Position numbers and translations under genes: made by a program. Shown here one piece after another: positions 44,429 to 54,906 of a stretch of 64,000 nucleotides of DNA (the stretch's first letter is position 1; every line of letters begins with the position of its first letter). Under the pieces are notes generated by a model that did no database searches, was not told the origin of the DNA, and was given only the letters and a program-made list of their open reading frames with translations. Origin of the DNA: Pseudobdellovibrionaceae bacterium (GTDB lineage: Bacteria > Bdellovibrionota > Bdellovibrionia > Bdellovibrionales > Bdellovibrionaceae); contig JBDHWW010000003.1 in the NCBI GenBank assembly GCA_039810425.1, positions 4,121-68,120 of the forward strand, in the 5' to 3' direction.

Positions 44429-44463
44429 GACATATTCCGGAAAACTAGACCTTGTTCTAGAGG

Positions 44464-45573
44464 CTACCGCTTCGCACGGTCATACTGCACAGGCCACTTC
44501 AGGTCCACGCCGAGCTCTTTTGCCGCGTGCAATGGGAAATACGGGTCGCGGAGGAGTTCTCTGCCAATGAAAAGCGCGTCGGCCGCGCCCTCTTTCAAAA
44601 TCATTTCGGCCTGCGCGCCCGAAGTAATGATGCCGACAGCGCCGGTAAAGATCTGCGCTTGATCGCGAATGGCTGCGGCAAAAGGAACTTGGTAACCTGG
44701 GCCCGCAGGTATTTTTGCTTGCGCCGTTGAGCCGCCAGAAGAGCAATCGATCAAATCAACGCCGACTTCTTTGAGCTGTTTTGCGAACACGATGCTTTGT
44801 GGAAGGTCCCAGCCGTCGTCAACCCAGTCCGTAGCAGAAATGCGCACAAACACCGGCCACTTCGCAGGCCAAATCTTACGAACACATTCTGCGACTTCCA
44901 AAGGAAGGCGCATACGGTTTTCCAGCGAACCGCCGTAATCATCGGCGCGGTGATTCGACAACGGCGATAAAAATGCATGCAGCAAGTATCCATGGGCCGC
45001 ATGAATCTCGACGACTTCAAAGCCGGCGTCGAGAGCCCGCTGAGCCGCGGTTTCAAAATCCTGCACAACCGATTCGATGTCTTTTTTTGTCATCTCTCGT
45101 GGCACCACGTGGTCACTGCTGAATGCAATGGGACTTGGCCCCTCCGGCATCCACCCGCCTTGCTTGCCATCGACAGCCCCGCCTCCATGCCATGGAGAAG
45201 CGATTGAAGCTTTTCGTCCCGCATGCGCCAACTGAATCCCCGCAACAGCCCCATGCTCCTTCAAAAAAGCGACAATCGGTTTAAAGGCGTCCCGTTGGGT
45301 GTTGTTCCAAATTCCCAAATCCGCCGATGAAATACGACCCACGGGGTGAACAGCGGTGGCTTCGACCATCACAAGACCTGCTCCGCCGACCGCACGGCTG
45401 CCAAGATGAACCATGTGCCAATTGTTCGGCACGCCATCCATCGCCGAGTACTGGCACATCGGTGACATAAAAATGCGATTTTTAATATTCAACTCACGCA
45501 AACGAATCGGCGTAAAGAGTTTCGTTGCATGAGTTGTCAGCGGTGTGTGGGTTTGAACATCCATATGAGACAT
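44464..45573 (-). CDS. NADH:flavin oxidoreductase, Old Yellow Enzyme family (YqjM/NamA type)
   Basis: RIFMSPMCQYS..., ...VMVEATAV...GR..., ...GFEVVEIHAAHGYLLHAFLSPLSN.R.D.YGGSLENR... are canonical OYE motifs. Confidence 0.85.
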   Translation of the reverse strand: MSHMDVQTHTPLTTHATKLFTPIRLRELNIKNRIFMSPMCQYSAMDGVPNNWHMVHLGSRAVGGAGLVMVEATAVHPVGRISSADLGIWNNTQRDAFKPIVAFLKEHGAVAGIQLAHAGRKASIASPWHGGGAVDGKQGGWMPEGPSPIAFSSDHVVPREMTKKDIESVVQDFETAAQRALDAGFEVVEIHAAHGYLLHAFLSPLSNHRADDYGGSLENRMRLPLEVAECVRKIWPAKWPVFVRISATDWVDDGWDLPQSIVFAKQLKEVGVDLIDCSSGGSTAQAKIPAGPGYQVPFAAAIRDQAQIFTGAVGIITSGAQAEMILKEGAADALFIGRELLRDPYFPLHAAKELGVDLKWPVQYDRAKR

Positions 45574-45664
45574 AAAAGCAAAATATCACTCTCCACTGTA
45601 GGTGTAAAGCTGTGGGTGTAAAGAAGGTGCCGTCACTATGTCGTTGGACACGGACCCTTCGGCC

Positions 45665-47506
45665 TTACATCTCTTTGTCAGAGCCATGTGAGCGGGCCTT
45701 GCGAGCTTCATCCACCGCCTTTTCAGCAAGCGGCGTGAGTTTCACGCCGACTTCTGTCAGTTGATCGCGATTTACTTCGCTCGGGCAATCGGCCATAAGA
45801 TCCGTTGCTTTTGCTGTCTTAGGAAATGCGATCACTTCTCGGATCGCATCTGTTTCGCAGAGGAGCATCACCAAGCGATCCAAACCCCATGCGATACCAC
45901 CATGCGGGGGAGTTCCATACTTCAAAGCTTCGAGGAAGAAACCGAACTTGTGTTCTTGCTCTTCTTTGCTCAAACCCAAGAGACGGAACATCGCCTGCTG
46001 CAATTCGCTGCGATAAATACGGATACTTCCGCCACCCATCTCGTAACCATTACAAACAAGATCATAAGCTTTCGCGAGCATTTTACCGTAAGAAGCCTCG
46101 TTGCCCTCAATTAAATCCTGGGCGAATTCATCTTTTGGCGAAGTGAATGGATGGTGACGAGCGACCCAACGCTTATCATCCGGAGAGTATTCAAACGCCG
46201 GGAAGTCCACAACCCACAAGAATTTGTAAGTGCCAGGGCTTACAAGCTTCAGCTCTTTACCGAAGTGGATGCGAAGACTGGACAATGCCGCACAGGCCGT
46301 ATCGAAATCATCCGCCACGATCAAAGCGCAGTCGCCATTTCCAGCGCCAACAGCCGTAAACATCTCGCCGAGCTTTTCCGGGCTAAAGAATTTAGAAACC
46401 GGAGAGGAATAAGTGCCGTCTGCTTCAGACTTGATCCACACCAGGCCTTTAGCGCCCGCGCGTTTTGCCATGTCCGTGAGTTTGTCAAATTGACCACGAG
46501 AGTAATCGCCGCCCTTAGGAACCGCAATACCACGAACGATTCCGCCGCGAGCAAGAACATCGTCAAACACTTTAAAACCCGAACCCGTGACAACGGATTT
46601 CAAATCTTTGATCTCCATGCCGTAACGCGTATCAGGCTTATCGATGCCATAACGATCCATTGCCTCTTGGTAGGTCATACGTGGGATGTCGCCAACGTCG
46701 ATGCCTTTGATCTCTTTCCAAACCGTGCGCAGCAAGCGCTCATTCATCGCCATGATATCCTCTTGGTCTATGAATGACATTTCCATATCGATTTGCGAAA
46801 ACTCCGGTTGGCGATCAGCACGCAAGTCTTCGTCCCGGAAGCAACGTGCGATTTGGAAGTAACGATCGTAGCCTGAAATCATCAAGAGCTGCTTCAACGT
46901 CTGCGGAGACTGCGGAAGCGCGTAGAAAGTCCCTTGGTTCACACGCGAAGGAACAAGGTAATCCCGAGCCCCTTCCGGAGTGGATTTGTAAAGGATCGGA
47001 GTTTCTACTTCAAGAAAGCCATTGTCTGATAAGAAACGGCGAACGACTTGAGTTACTTTGTGGCGAGCGACGAGGTGATTCGTCAAACGCGGAGAGCGCA
47101 AATCAAGATAACGATATTTTAAGCGCAACATCTCGTTCACGTTCTCATCATCCACTTGGAATGGAGGAACCGCGGAGTCATTCAAAATCTCGCAACGAGC
47201 CGCTTCGATTTCGATCCCACCCGTTTTGATTTTTGCGTTCTTCATGCCGTCGGGGCGTGCACGCACCGTCCCTTCGACAGCAAGAACGAATTCGCCACGT
47301 AAATTTTTTGCTGCGGAAGTTTCGGCTCTGTTTGGATCCAGCACCACTTGCACGATGCCTTCACGGTCGCGCAAATCGATGAACACGAGGCTCCCGTGAT
47401 CACGGCGAGTATCTACCCAGCCCATGATAACGACTTTTTTACCGACGTGTTGAGAGTTTAAGTTTCCGCAATATTCTGTTCTTTTGAGATCTTTGACGAA
47501 TTTCAT
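45665..47506 (-). CDS. aspS: aspartate--tRNA ligase
   Basis: Class II motifs ([23 protein letters not shown]; GGGSIRI; GLDRLVM) and an OB-fold N-terminus starting [14 protein letters not shown]. The 51-codon track extension to 47659 is rejected. Confidence 0.9.
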   Translation of the reverse strand: MKFVKDLKRTEYCGNLNSQHVGKKVVIMGWVDTRRDHGSLVFIDLRDREGIVQVVLDPNRAETSAAKNLRGEFVLAVEGTVRARPDGMKNAKIKTGGIEIEAARCEILNDSAVPPFQVDDENVNEMLRLKYRYLDLRSPRLTNHLVARHKVTQVVRRFLSDNGFLEVETPILYKSTPEGARDYLVPSRVNQGTFYALPQSPQTLKQLLMISGYDRYFQIARCFRDEDLRADRQPEFSQIDMEMSFIDQEDIMAMNERLLRTVWKEIKGIDVGDIPRMTYQEAMDRYGIDKPDTRYGMEIKDLKSVVTGSGFKVFDDVLARGGIVRGIAVPKGGDYSRGQFDKLTDMAKRAGAKGLVWIKSEADGTYSSPVSKFFSPEKLGEMFTAVGAGNGDCALIVADDFDTACAALSSLRIHFGKELKLVSPGTYKFLWVVDFPAFEYSPDDKRWVARHHPFTSPKDEFAQDLIEGNEASYGKMLAKAYDLVCNGYEMGGGSIRIYRSELQQAMFRLLGLSKEEQEHKFGFFLEALKYGTPPHGGIAWGLDRLVMLLCETDAIREVIAFPKTAKATDLMADCPSEVNRDQLTEVGVKLTPLAEKAVDEARKARSHGSDKEM

Positions 47507-47582
47507 AGTGTTATGAGTCTGACACGTTGTCTTATTGCAGTCAAAAACCAAGTCAGGTAAATTGTCTAGACTGGAGTCAACA

Positions 47583-47885
47583 ATGCCAAAATTTACGATC
47601 GAGCATAACAGCTCACACAGTGCGAAAGAGACCTTCGACAAAATCAAATCCTTTACCAATGACGAAGATCTACGACGCTTCGATCCTAAGATGCAGTGTC
47701 AATTCAATGATGGCGCGATGAATGGTTCCATTAAGGGCAGCCAGTTTAAGGCGGAACTGAATGTGCTAGCACAAGGAACAGGGAGTAAAATTGAGATCGT
47801 TGTCGATCTCCCTATGCTTTTGGCCCCGTTTAAGGGTAAAGTCCAGGAAACTCTCCAGAAGAAATTGTCTAAATATCTGGCATAA
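47583..47885 (+). CDS. small hypothetical protein (100 aa)
   Basis: [24 protein letters not shown]... Size and pattern are loosely like the PHA-system small protein family, but this was not verifiable here. Confidence 0.5.
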   Translation: MPKFTIEHNSSHSAKETFDKIKSFTNDEDLRRFDPKMQCQFNDGAMNGSIKGSQFKAELNVLAQGTGSKIEIVVDLPMLLAPFKGKVQETLQKKLSKYLA

Positions 47886-47895
47886 TTGAAAACCT

Positions 47896-49023
47896 ATGAA
47901 AAAGAAAGTGGCGGCCAAAAAGCCGAAGGAAAAAGCAAGCTCGGCCAAGAAGCCTGGAACTAAACCTGTTACTCAGCCTGTTGCGAAGAAAGCAACTTTG
48001 GCGAAAAAACCGGTCAAAGCCAAAGCCGTCGTCGCAGAAATTGTGGACGATACCGGCACGCTTGCGCCTGAAGAAGCTGCCCCCGAGATCGGCAAGGCCT
48101 ATGCAATACCCAACGAACGCGACATCGAGGAAGAGTTTGGCCTCAATGACGGGCCGACAAAAGGCTTGGTTCCTGCGGCAGATTCTAAGGCGATCACCTC
48201 AACTTCAGATCCGCTGGCGATTTACCTCGCCGATGTCCGCAAGTATCCGGTTCTGAGTAAAGAAGAAGAGCAAAAAATCGCTAAGAAATACTTCGAAACC
48301 AAAGATCCTGAAGCGGCACAGATTCTAGTGAAATCAAATCTTCGTTTTGTCGTGAAAGTTGCCGCTGAATATTCCAAATTCGGCGCAAAGATGATCGATC
48401 TTATTCAAGAAGGCAATGTGGGCCTGATGCACGCCGTGCGCGAATTCAATCCATACAAAGGCGCGCGTTTGATCACCTACGCTGTTTGGTGGATTCGTGG
48501 TTACATTCAGGAATACTTGATGCGCCAATATTCGATGGTTCGTATCGGCACGACTCAAAACCAGCGAAAACTTTTCTATCAATTGCAGAAGGAAAAAGAC
48601 GCACTCGATGCCATGGGGCAGTCCCCAGACATCGCGCTCTTAAGTTCTCGTCTCGGTATTCCTGAAGACGAAGTAGCGCAAATGGCGCAGCGGATGTCAG
48701 GCCGTGATGTGAGTCTTGACCGCCCCCTGGACGATGATTCTGGCGGCACGCTGATGGATTTTCAAAAATCCACGGCTGACATGAGTGTTGATGAGCGTAT
48801 CGCGCACGAGGAAGAACTAGAGATCTTAAAAAAGAAACTCGAAGAAATCCGTCCCGAACTTTCTGAGCGCGAAAAAATTATTCTTGATGAGCGCATTCTC
48901 AATGATGATCCGCTGACTCTGCAGGAAATCGGCGAAAAGCACGGTATCACTCGTGAAGCCGTCCGCCAAATGGAAGTCCGTGTGATGAAAAAAATCAAAG
49001 CCAAGATGGAAGAGCTGAAATAG
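47896..49023 (+). CDS. rpoH: RpoH-like (sigma-32 family) sigma factor with a ~105-aa Lys/Ala/Pro-rich N-terminal extension
   Basis: Regions 2-4 align by eye with E. coli RpoH, including LIQEGNVGLMHAVREFNP and the RpoH-box-like TTQNQRKLFYQLQK. The N-terminus is MKKKVAAKKPKEKASSAKKPGTKPVTQPVAKKATLAKKPVKAKA... Confidence 0.75.
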   Translation: MKKKVAAKKPKEKASSAKKPGTKPVTQPVAKKATLAKKPVKAKAVVAEIVDDTGTLAPEEAAPEIGKAYAIPNERDIEEEFGLNDGPTKGLVPAADSKAITSTSDPLAIYLADVRKYPVLSKEEEQKIAKKYFETKDPEAAQILVKSNLRFVVKVAAEYSKFGAKMIDLIQEGNVGLMHAVREFNPYKGARLITYAVWWIRGYIQEYLMRQYSMVRIGTTQNQRKLFYQLQKEKDALDAMGQSPDIALLSSRLGIPEDEVAQMAQRMSGRDVSLDRPLDDDSGGTLMDFQKSTADMSVDERIAHEEELEILKKKLEEIRPELSEREKIILDERILNDDPLTLQEIGEKHGITREAVRQMEVRVMKKIKAKMEELK

Positions 49024-49048
49024 CTCCTCCAGAGCTTGGACATAGCGG

Positions 49049-49786
49049 TTAATTACAAGGTCCTACGGAACCAGAAACATTACTATAGTTCAAAACCTTC
49101 GCCCCACCGTGCAAACAAATGCCACCAGCGTTGTTGCGAACCATTTTGATCACACCCCCATAAACGTGGATGACCCCGGCTGTATTCGAGATCTCGTCAA
49201 TCTCTGCCGCGATGATTTTTGTACCACCGGCCGTGCCCGAGACTGTACCGATCTTCATGGCATGGATGCAAACTTTGCCGGCCAAATTTGAGACCGATGA
49301 AATCTCGTTGGCATTCGCTTGAACCCCGCCTGAGGCACCACTGATTCGCACAATCTTATCGGCAGCCCCGATCAGGATGTGGCCAGCAACCCCTTGTAAA
49401 TCGACATTCTAGGCAAGATCAATATTAAGAGCACCCGCGTGACCCTTGAGAACCACATCTTGCGCGGAGCTTGGAATAGTCATAGGGATTTGCACACCGT
49501 TAAAGACGGAGCAGGCTCCAGAGTACGCAATGTTCGGATTATCCAAGCTCTCCTCCGAAGCAGATGGATTTCCACTACCAGAATTGTGATCGAACATTTG
49601 ACCGCGGGCATTTTCATCTGTAAACGAAGTACCGTCTTGGAGCGGTTCCATTCCCGCCTCCCCAGCCTTTAAAGATGTCGCCCCAGCAACCGCAGTGAAG
49701 TTTGTTTTACCGCAGTTTTGAAATCCGATGATCAATAGCGTAAGAAGAGTACCGAACACAATTCTTTGTGGTTTTCTGATGTACAT
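49049..49786 (-). pseudogene. lipoprotein gene with beta-helix-like repeats, interrupted by a single in-frame TAG
   Basis: ORFs 49409..49786 and 49049..49351 are in the same frame (verified codon by codon). The joined product reads ...GHAGALNIDLA*NVDLQGVAGHILIGAADKIVRISGASGG... Lipobox IIGFQNC. There is an internal ~34-aa repeat (EISSVSNLAGKVCIH... / EIDEISNTAGVIHVY...). Confidence 0.6.
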
Positions 49787-49950
49787 TGTTTCCCCCGAGA
49801 TAACTCCTTACTAAAGCAAGATAGCTGCCAAATATAAGCGGCCGTAATGAAGATAGGAGGGCCCTGGCTGCTCGGCTCTGCCAATTCCGTTTCCATCGTT
49901 TAAAAGATTTAAACAAAATCAAGGATTCACAATTGCATGAGTTCTCTGTT

Positions 49951-50805
49951 ATGTCCTATTTGGCTCGCATTACCCTATTCATAGCGATTATAACTTCCCT
50001 TGGGACCGGATCGGCTTCTGCGGCCAATGCCTTTTTGGGGAATCTGTACAATGATTCGACACTCTCCTTTGGTAAACCGGTGCCAACATCCCCGTTGCCC
50101 CCGGACAAAATACGATTGTTCGTTTGGAATATTCATAAGGCTGAAGATCCAAGGCTTTCCCAAGACTTCGCTGACCTGACTTTCGGTGCCGACCTCGCTC
50201 TTTTTCAAGAGGCCGTCAGCAGCCCTGGTTTTGTCCAGAGCTTAGTCGCCGCCAACACAGATTTCGAATGGACGATAGCCAAGTCTTTTCAGCTTTTTGA
50301 TTTTAGCTTTACCGGTGTTGCCACCGCGTACCGCGTGAAACCCGTGGGTGAGACCGTGATTGTCTCTAAGGTGACAGAGCCCGTGACTGAAACGCCGAAG
50401 ACGATCTTGCTTTCTCAGTTTTTAATCACCGGCAACTACGAGACACTTTTAGTCGCGAACGTACACGGCATTAACTTCGTTGGTCTTGAAGCTTATAAAA
50501 CTCAAATGAATCAACTCGTGGAAAAGCTGCGCCAGCATAAGGGCCCCATGATCGTCGCCGGCGACTTTAATACTTGGGCTCCAGCACGCCTCGACTATAT
50601 TAAAAGTCTCTTTGAGCCGCTCGGCTTAGTCCAAGTGAATACACCCGTCGCGGGAATGCTGGATTTAGATCACATTTTCCTGCGCGGCATGACAGCGAAT
50701 TTCATTTTCGATTTTTCATATATTGATTCTTCTGACCATGCCCCCCTGATGGTTGATTTAATTTTTGAAAACAGCAAGGTGATGATGTATGAAGAACACA
50801 AGTAA
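49951..50805 (+). CDS. secreted endonuclease/exonuclease/phosphatase (EEP) family protein
   Basis: Signal peptide MSYLARITLFIAIITSLGTGSASA. Motifs WNIHK, LFQEA, VANVHG, AGDFNTW, LDHIF and SDHAPL. Confidence 0.8.
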   Translation: MSYLARITLFIAIITSLGTGSASAANAFLGNLYNDSTLSFGKPVPTSPLPPDKIRLFVWNIHKAEDPRLSQDFADLTFGADLALFQEAVSSPGFVQSLVAANTDFEWTIAKSFQLFDFSFTGVATAYRVKPVGETVIVSKVTEPVTETPKTILLSQFLITGNYETLLVANVHGINFVGLEAYKTQMNQLVEKLRQHKGPMIVAGDFNTWAPARLDYIKSLFEPLGLVQVNTPVAGMLDLDHIFLRGMTANFIFDFSYIDSSDHAPLMVDLIFENSKVMMYEEHK

Positions 50806-51847
50806 GAATCTTTTCGTACTGGCTGGTTTCGCTGTGGCCCTGAATGCCTGCGATATGAAACGCAATCTCGATGAGATGCACGACCAAACCGCCGAGATGA
50901 ATAGAACCACCCAGCAGATGAACGAAACAACAGGTGATATGAACAAACGCACCGAAGGCCTTGAGAACGCCACTGGTGAGCTCTACGATGCTCTTCGCCA
51001 GGGTGATACTTTGGCTGCCCGCCGCTCCGCTTTGGATAATATGCTGAAAGCAGAAGAGCCCGCGCGCAAGCTCTCGGAGGCAGCTAAATACTTCATGTCT
51101 TTTGAATTCCAGTTCTGGACAAATGCCCACGAAGATAAAGGTGAAGCAAAACGTATCGACCTTGCGACACTCGCCGCCCGCGAGTTTTTTAAAGATGTTT
51201 ATCAGTTCATTCCGAACGGCGTAATGAAGACAGATCCGTTCGCCTATCAAATTATCTCTACGGATAAAGGCAATCTCATTGCTTGTTTGAATGCTCTGGC
51301 GGTAACAGCCCATTACTTGAATCCAAAGCAGGAAAAGCGCCTTAAAGAAAATCCTTCGCTGAAATCGATGTCAATGTACAAGATGATCGAGGAGTCCTTG
51401 CTTGCAAAAGCGCCGATTGAATCCGGTGAGAAAAAGATTTCTGACTATCCTGGTTATGTGTTCGAGATTCTTTCTAACGAGCCCGCGGCAGTTTATTTGA
51501 TGCAAGCCCGGTACAACTACCTCAGCGTCTTGTTCCTGGGCCGGGCCACTCCGATAGCTCACAGCAAATGGGCTGGCGTTAAATTCTTTGCAAGAAAGTG
51601 GACGCTGGATTTGAATAAATTCAACGCGGCTCAAATCGAAGAGTTCAATATGTTTCTGGAAGGGGCTTTGAAAACCAAGAAGATCCTTCAACAAATCGGT
51701 GTAAAGCCAGAAATGGATTTTATGGCGCAGAGAATGATTAACAACATGACTCTAGTGGATATCACCCAGAACCCTAAGATAACGGCCGAGAAAGCATCAA
51801 ACTTCCGCGAAATCGCCGCCCGCTTGACCGAATTAATGAAATACTAA
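50789..51847 (+). CDS. lipoprotein with an N-terminal heptad TxxMNxT repeat
   Basis: Lipobox VALNAC. The repeat reads TAEMNRT/TQQMNET/TGDMNKR/TEGLENA/TGELYDA. 17-nt overlap with the EEP gene. Confidence 0.7.
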   Translation: MKNTSKNLFVLAGFAVALNACDMKRNLDEMHDQTAEMNRTTQQMNETTGDMNKRTEGLENATGELYDALRQGDTLAARRSALDNMLKAEEPARKLSEAAKYFMSFEFQFWTNAHEDKGEAKRIDLATLAAREFFKDVYQFIPNGVMKTDPFAYQIISTDKGNLIACLNALAVTAHYLNPKQEKRLKENPSLKSMSMYKMIEESLLAKAPIESGEKKISDYPGYVFEILSNEPAAVYLMQARYNYLSVLFLGRATPIAHSKWAGVKFFARKWTLDLNKFNAAQIEEFNMFLEGALKTKKILQQIGVKPEMDFMAQRMINNMTLVDITQNPKITAEKASNFREIAARLTELMKY

Positions 51848-51865
51848 GCGAAAGCGGGGCGCCGA

Positions 51866-52672
51866 TTAAGCAACCTCAAGTTCACCCACGCCAATGCTTT
51901 GCTGCAACTTCACGCGAAGCCTTGCCACCGCTTGGGCGTGGAGTTGAGAGACGCGGCTCTCTGTTACGCGCAGAACCTGACCGATCTCTTTTAAATTCAG
52001 ATCTTCAAAGTAATACAAAGAAAGCACCAAGCGCTGACGCTCCGGTAGTTCCTCGATGGCCTGCGCCACGACTTCTTTGATGGATTTGATATTGAGCTGA
52101 TTGAACGGATTGTTCAATTTTGAACCTTCCAAAAGGTTTAAGATCGACTTGTGGTCGTCGTTACTGAAGGATTGGCTGTTATCAATGGAAAGCAGGCTCA
52201 CCGGACGAACTTGGTTCACGAGATCATGAAACTCATCGACCGTGATATTGAGAGCTTTAGAAACTTCCTCATCTGTCGGCGCACGGCCGAGTTCATTTTC
52301 AAGATTTGCCATTGTCTTATCGAGAAGTTTTGCTTTATCACGAATAGAACGTGGCACCCAGTCTTGGGCGCGGAGTTCATCGAGGATCGCGCCGCGGATG
52401 CGGAACTCGGCATAAGTTTTAAATTTATTGTCGCGAGTCGGATCGTATTTATCGATGGCGTCCATTAAACCGATCACACCTGCAGAGATCAAATCATCCA
52501 GTTCAATATTAGAAGGGAGGCGCACGGCGATCTTTTGTGCGACGAACTTAATCAGCGGAGCGTATTCCTTAATCAACTCATCCTTTTGTTTCTGGGTGAG
52601 TTTCTTAGGCTCTTCTTTGTATTTTTTCAGCAATGCCACGTTTTTCGCCATACGTTCCCTCTGTAATTCCAT
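51866..52672 (-). CDS. fliA: flagellar sigma factor FliA (sigma-28)
   Basis: Region 2 (PLIKFVAQKI...LISAGVIGLMDAIDKYDP), region 3 and region 4 (LSLYYFEDLNLKEIGQVLRVTESRVSQLH). An internal ATG at 52651 has a better RBS (AGAGGGAA) and may be the true start. Confidence 0.85.
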   Translation of the reverse strand: MELQRERMAKNVALLKKYKEEPKKLTQKQKDELIKEYAPLIKFVAQKIAVRLPSNIELDDLISAGVIGLMDAIDKYDPTRDNKFKTYAEFRIRGAILDELRAQDWVPRSIRDKAKLLDKTMANLENELGRAPTDEEVSKALNITVDEFHDLVNQVRPVSLLSIDNSQSFSNDDHKSILNLLEGSKLNNPFNQLNIKSIKEVVAQAIEELPERQRLVLSLYYFEDLNLKEIGQVLRVTESRVSQLHAQAVARLRVKLQQSIGVGELEVA

Positions 52673-52711
52673 GTTAGCAAACGGATACCAGTTCTAAAAA
52701 GTCCAATTCCC

Positions 52712-53542
52712 TTAAGCTACACCGACGACCTGCTCCCAGAACATCTGGAGCCCGCCCTTAGTAAGGGTTTTCTGGCTAGAATTCTCGATTTGCGAACAGA
52801 GATTCTTGATAGCTTTTGCGGACTCTGCGGTCGTATCATGTCTCATGATGAGACGATTGAGCTGCGTCGCCTTTCGAAGTACGGGGTCCATAGGTACCGA
52901 ACCCCAGTAATCAAGACCAATGCAGAGGAACTTGTTCACAACATCGTTGAAGCGTTGATAGAGGCCCGCGCCTTCAGCTTCGTCGCGAACATTGTTGCAG
53001 ATAATTGAAAACTTATTTTCTTTGTACTTCTGATGAAGAACCTTAATCAGCGCATAGGAATCCGCGAGGCTTGCTGGATCCGGAGTGATGACAACCGAGA
53101 TCGTTTGCGCGGCCGCATTCAGATATAAAACATTGTCCGCAATTCCCGGCGCGGTATCAATCAGCAAGTAATCAAAATCCTGTGGCAAAGTGCTCACCGC
53201 TTCGATCATCGTGCGCCGTTGAAAGCTATTGAGATTGTTAAACTCCAAGATACCGCTGCCGCCAGGAATCAAGAACACATCTTTTGCCACCTCAATGAGG
53301 ATTTCTTCAACAGTCTTATCACCCATAATAACATCATGGATATTTCCGCCGGCCTTGACGCCGTAGAGGATATCCACGTTTGCCATCCCCAAATCGCCGT
53401 CAAAGATCAAGACTTTGTTTCCCGTCTGTGATAATCGCAGTGCCAGGTTCGAAGTCAGAGTGGTTTTACCCACGCCGCCTTTGCCCGAGGTGATACTGAT
53501 TGTACGTGTTCCATCGCTTTGGAAGAGTCCGTTGTATTTCAT
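52712..53542 (-). CDS. flhG: MinD/ParA-type ATPase FlhG (FleN/YlxH)
   Basis: Deviant Walker A SGKGGVGKTT. Positioned between flhF and fliA. Confidence 0.85.
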   Translation of the reverse strand: MKYNGLFQSDGTRTISITSGKGGVGKTTLTSNLALRLSQTGNKVLIFDGDLGMANVDILYGVKAGGNIHDVIMGDKTVEEILIEVAKDVFLIPGGSGILEFNNLNSFQRRTMIEAVSTLPQDFDYLLIDTAPGIADNVLYLNAAAQTISVVITPDPASLADSYALIKVLHQKYKENKFSIICNNVRDEAEGAGLYQRFNDVVNKFLCIGLDYWGSVPMDPVLRKATQLNRLIMRHDTTAESAKAIKNLCSQIENSSQKTLTKGGLQMFWEQVVGVA

Positions 53543-54906
53543 AGTGTCTGCTGTTCCTGTCTATTCGCTTGAGTGATTTTGAAAAGAAGGTCAAGTACGC
53601 GCTCTTTCGTCGCAAACTCGAAGTCTTCAGGGACGCGTGTACCGATACCAAAGGAGTGCAATGGCACGTCAAAGCGCTTCATAAAGTTATAGATAGTCCC
53701 GTGCTGTACGGACTCATCAAGGCCGGTAAAGATCACGTCATGGTAGTCTAGTACTGAGTAACGACGGCCGAGCTCCGTCACGTCTTGGTCTTTCGCCAAT
53801 GTCGACAGCACCAAGTGCACGCGGGCCTTTAAAGTCGCCGGCGGCATCAAGCGCTTCAAGTTCATGCCTTCTTCAGCATTGCGCAGGCTCAATCCCGGAT
53901 AGTCGACAAGAATATAGTCCACGCTATTCATGTAATTCATAATGTGGTACCAGTCGCTGGCATTGCGGATCACACTGAACGGCACATTCAGGATCTGCGC
54001 ATAAATACGCATCTGATCCGCCGCCCCCACCTTAAAAGTATCAGCGGAAAGAATCGCTACTTTTTTGTTTTCGCGAACCACCAAATGGCTTGCCATCTTC
54101 ACAAGGGCCGTTGTCTTACCAGAACCTGCAGCACCGACAAAAATGTGCACCTTGGCCTGCTTGCTTTCTTCCGGCGTACAAACCTTTGTTGTTTCAAGAA
54201 TCTTTCTTGCAACCCAGCCTTCAACCAAAGCGCGGTTTTTAAGTTTTAATGACGGAAGGTCCTTTTGGGCGTGACTGCAAATATCAGCCGAAATTTCAGG
54301 TGCGACACCCGCAGTCACGAGCTTTTCAAACACGAAGCTCAAATCATAAGGTAAACCGAATTCTGAACCCGGATGGCCTTGCACAAAATTCTGTGGAATG
54401 TTTTGGAACTGAGCCAAAACCTGCTTCAAATTAGCGATCTCCGTTTTCAAAGATTGCATTTCCAGCGACTCTACTTGCTTTGCCGTGGGTGTTGGCATGA
54501 TGGGCATGACCACCGGAGCCGCCATAGAACCATAGCGGTTATCCTGCTGCTTCTGAACCTGCTCTTCATCGATATCAATGTACCGTTGTGAAGTAATAGG
54601 GCGTGGCAATTTGCTTCTTTCAAGATGCTTGTTGACCATCTTTTCGATCAGCTCTTTCTGCTGGCGAGCCGTACTTTGGCTGAATTTCGTACGCTCTTGC
54701 TCACGCAAACGGCCTTCTGCGAAACGCTTTTTTTGCAAAGTCTCTTCCGAAACCGCCGCTGTGATTTCGACACTACCGTCACCCACGAGGCCGTAGCTCT
54801 TGTTATTATCCCGTGCAGAAAGAATGATCGCATCGGGACCAAGCTCTGCTTTGACCATCTCGAGGGCTTCCTTCATCGTGCGGGCTTCAAATTTCTTAAC
54901 CTGCAT
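53539..54906 (-). CDS. flhF: flagellar SRP-type GTPase FlhF
   Basis: G1 motif GAAGSGKTT, then ...LSADTFKVGAADQ..., ...DYPG... and ...FTGLDES... Positioned after flhA. Confidence 0.85.
   Translation of the reverse strand: MQVKKFEARTMKEALEMVKAELGPDAIILSARDNNKSYGLVGDGSVEITAAVSEETLQKKRFAEGRLREQERTKFSQSTARQQKELIEKMVNKHLERSKLPRPITSQRYIDIDEEQVQKQQDNRYGSMAAPVVMPIMPTPTAKQVESLEMQSLKTEIANLKQVLAQFQNIPQNFVQGHPGSEFGLPYDLSFVFEKLVTAGVAPEISADICSHAQKDLPSLKLKNRALVEGWVARKILETTKVCTPEESKQAKVHIFVGAAGSGKTTALVKMASHLVVRENKKVAILSADTFKVGAADQMRIYAQILNVPFSVIRNASDWYHIMNYMNSVDYILVDYPGLSLRNAEEGMNLKRLMPPATLKARVHLVLSTLAKDQDVTELGRRYSVLDYHDVIFTGLDESVQHGTIYNFMKRFDVPLHSFGIGTRVPEDFEFATKERVLDLLFKITQANRQEQQTL

Noticed and set aside
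45590-45625. Direct repeat GGTGTAAAG-N5-GGTGTAAAG upstream of the OYE gene as a regulatory site
   Set aside because: It is only 9 bp in two copies. On the minus strand each copy contains TTTACA, so it may simply be overlapping -35-like hexamers. This is too weak to report as a feature.
45665-47659. N-terminal extensions given by the longest-ORF rule (aspS +51 aa, tolC +29 aa, cpaC +26 aa, cpaF +26 aa, 18493 start +26 aa, DJ-1-like +34 aa, phytase-like +29 aa, and others)
   Set aside because: Internal ATGs with good Shine-Dalgarno sequences, signal peptides or canonical family N-termini fit better. Several of the extensions would overlap the upstream gene or a promoter.
53640-53670. Other TGGCAC / GTGCCA hexamers (for example near 53651, 34378, 44001 and 32948) as sigma-54 promoters
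   Set aside because: They lack a TTGC element at GG-N10-GC spacing and mostly lie inside coding sequence.
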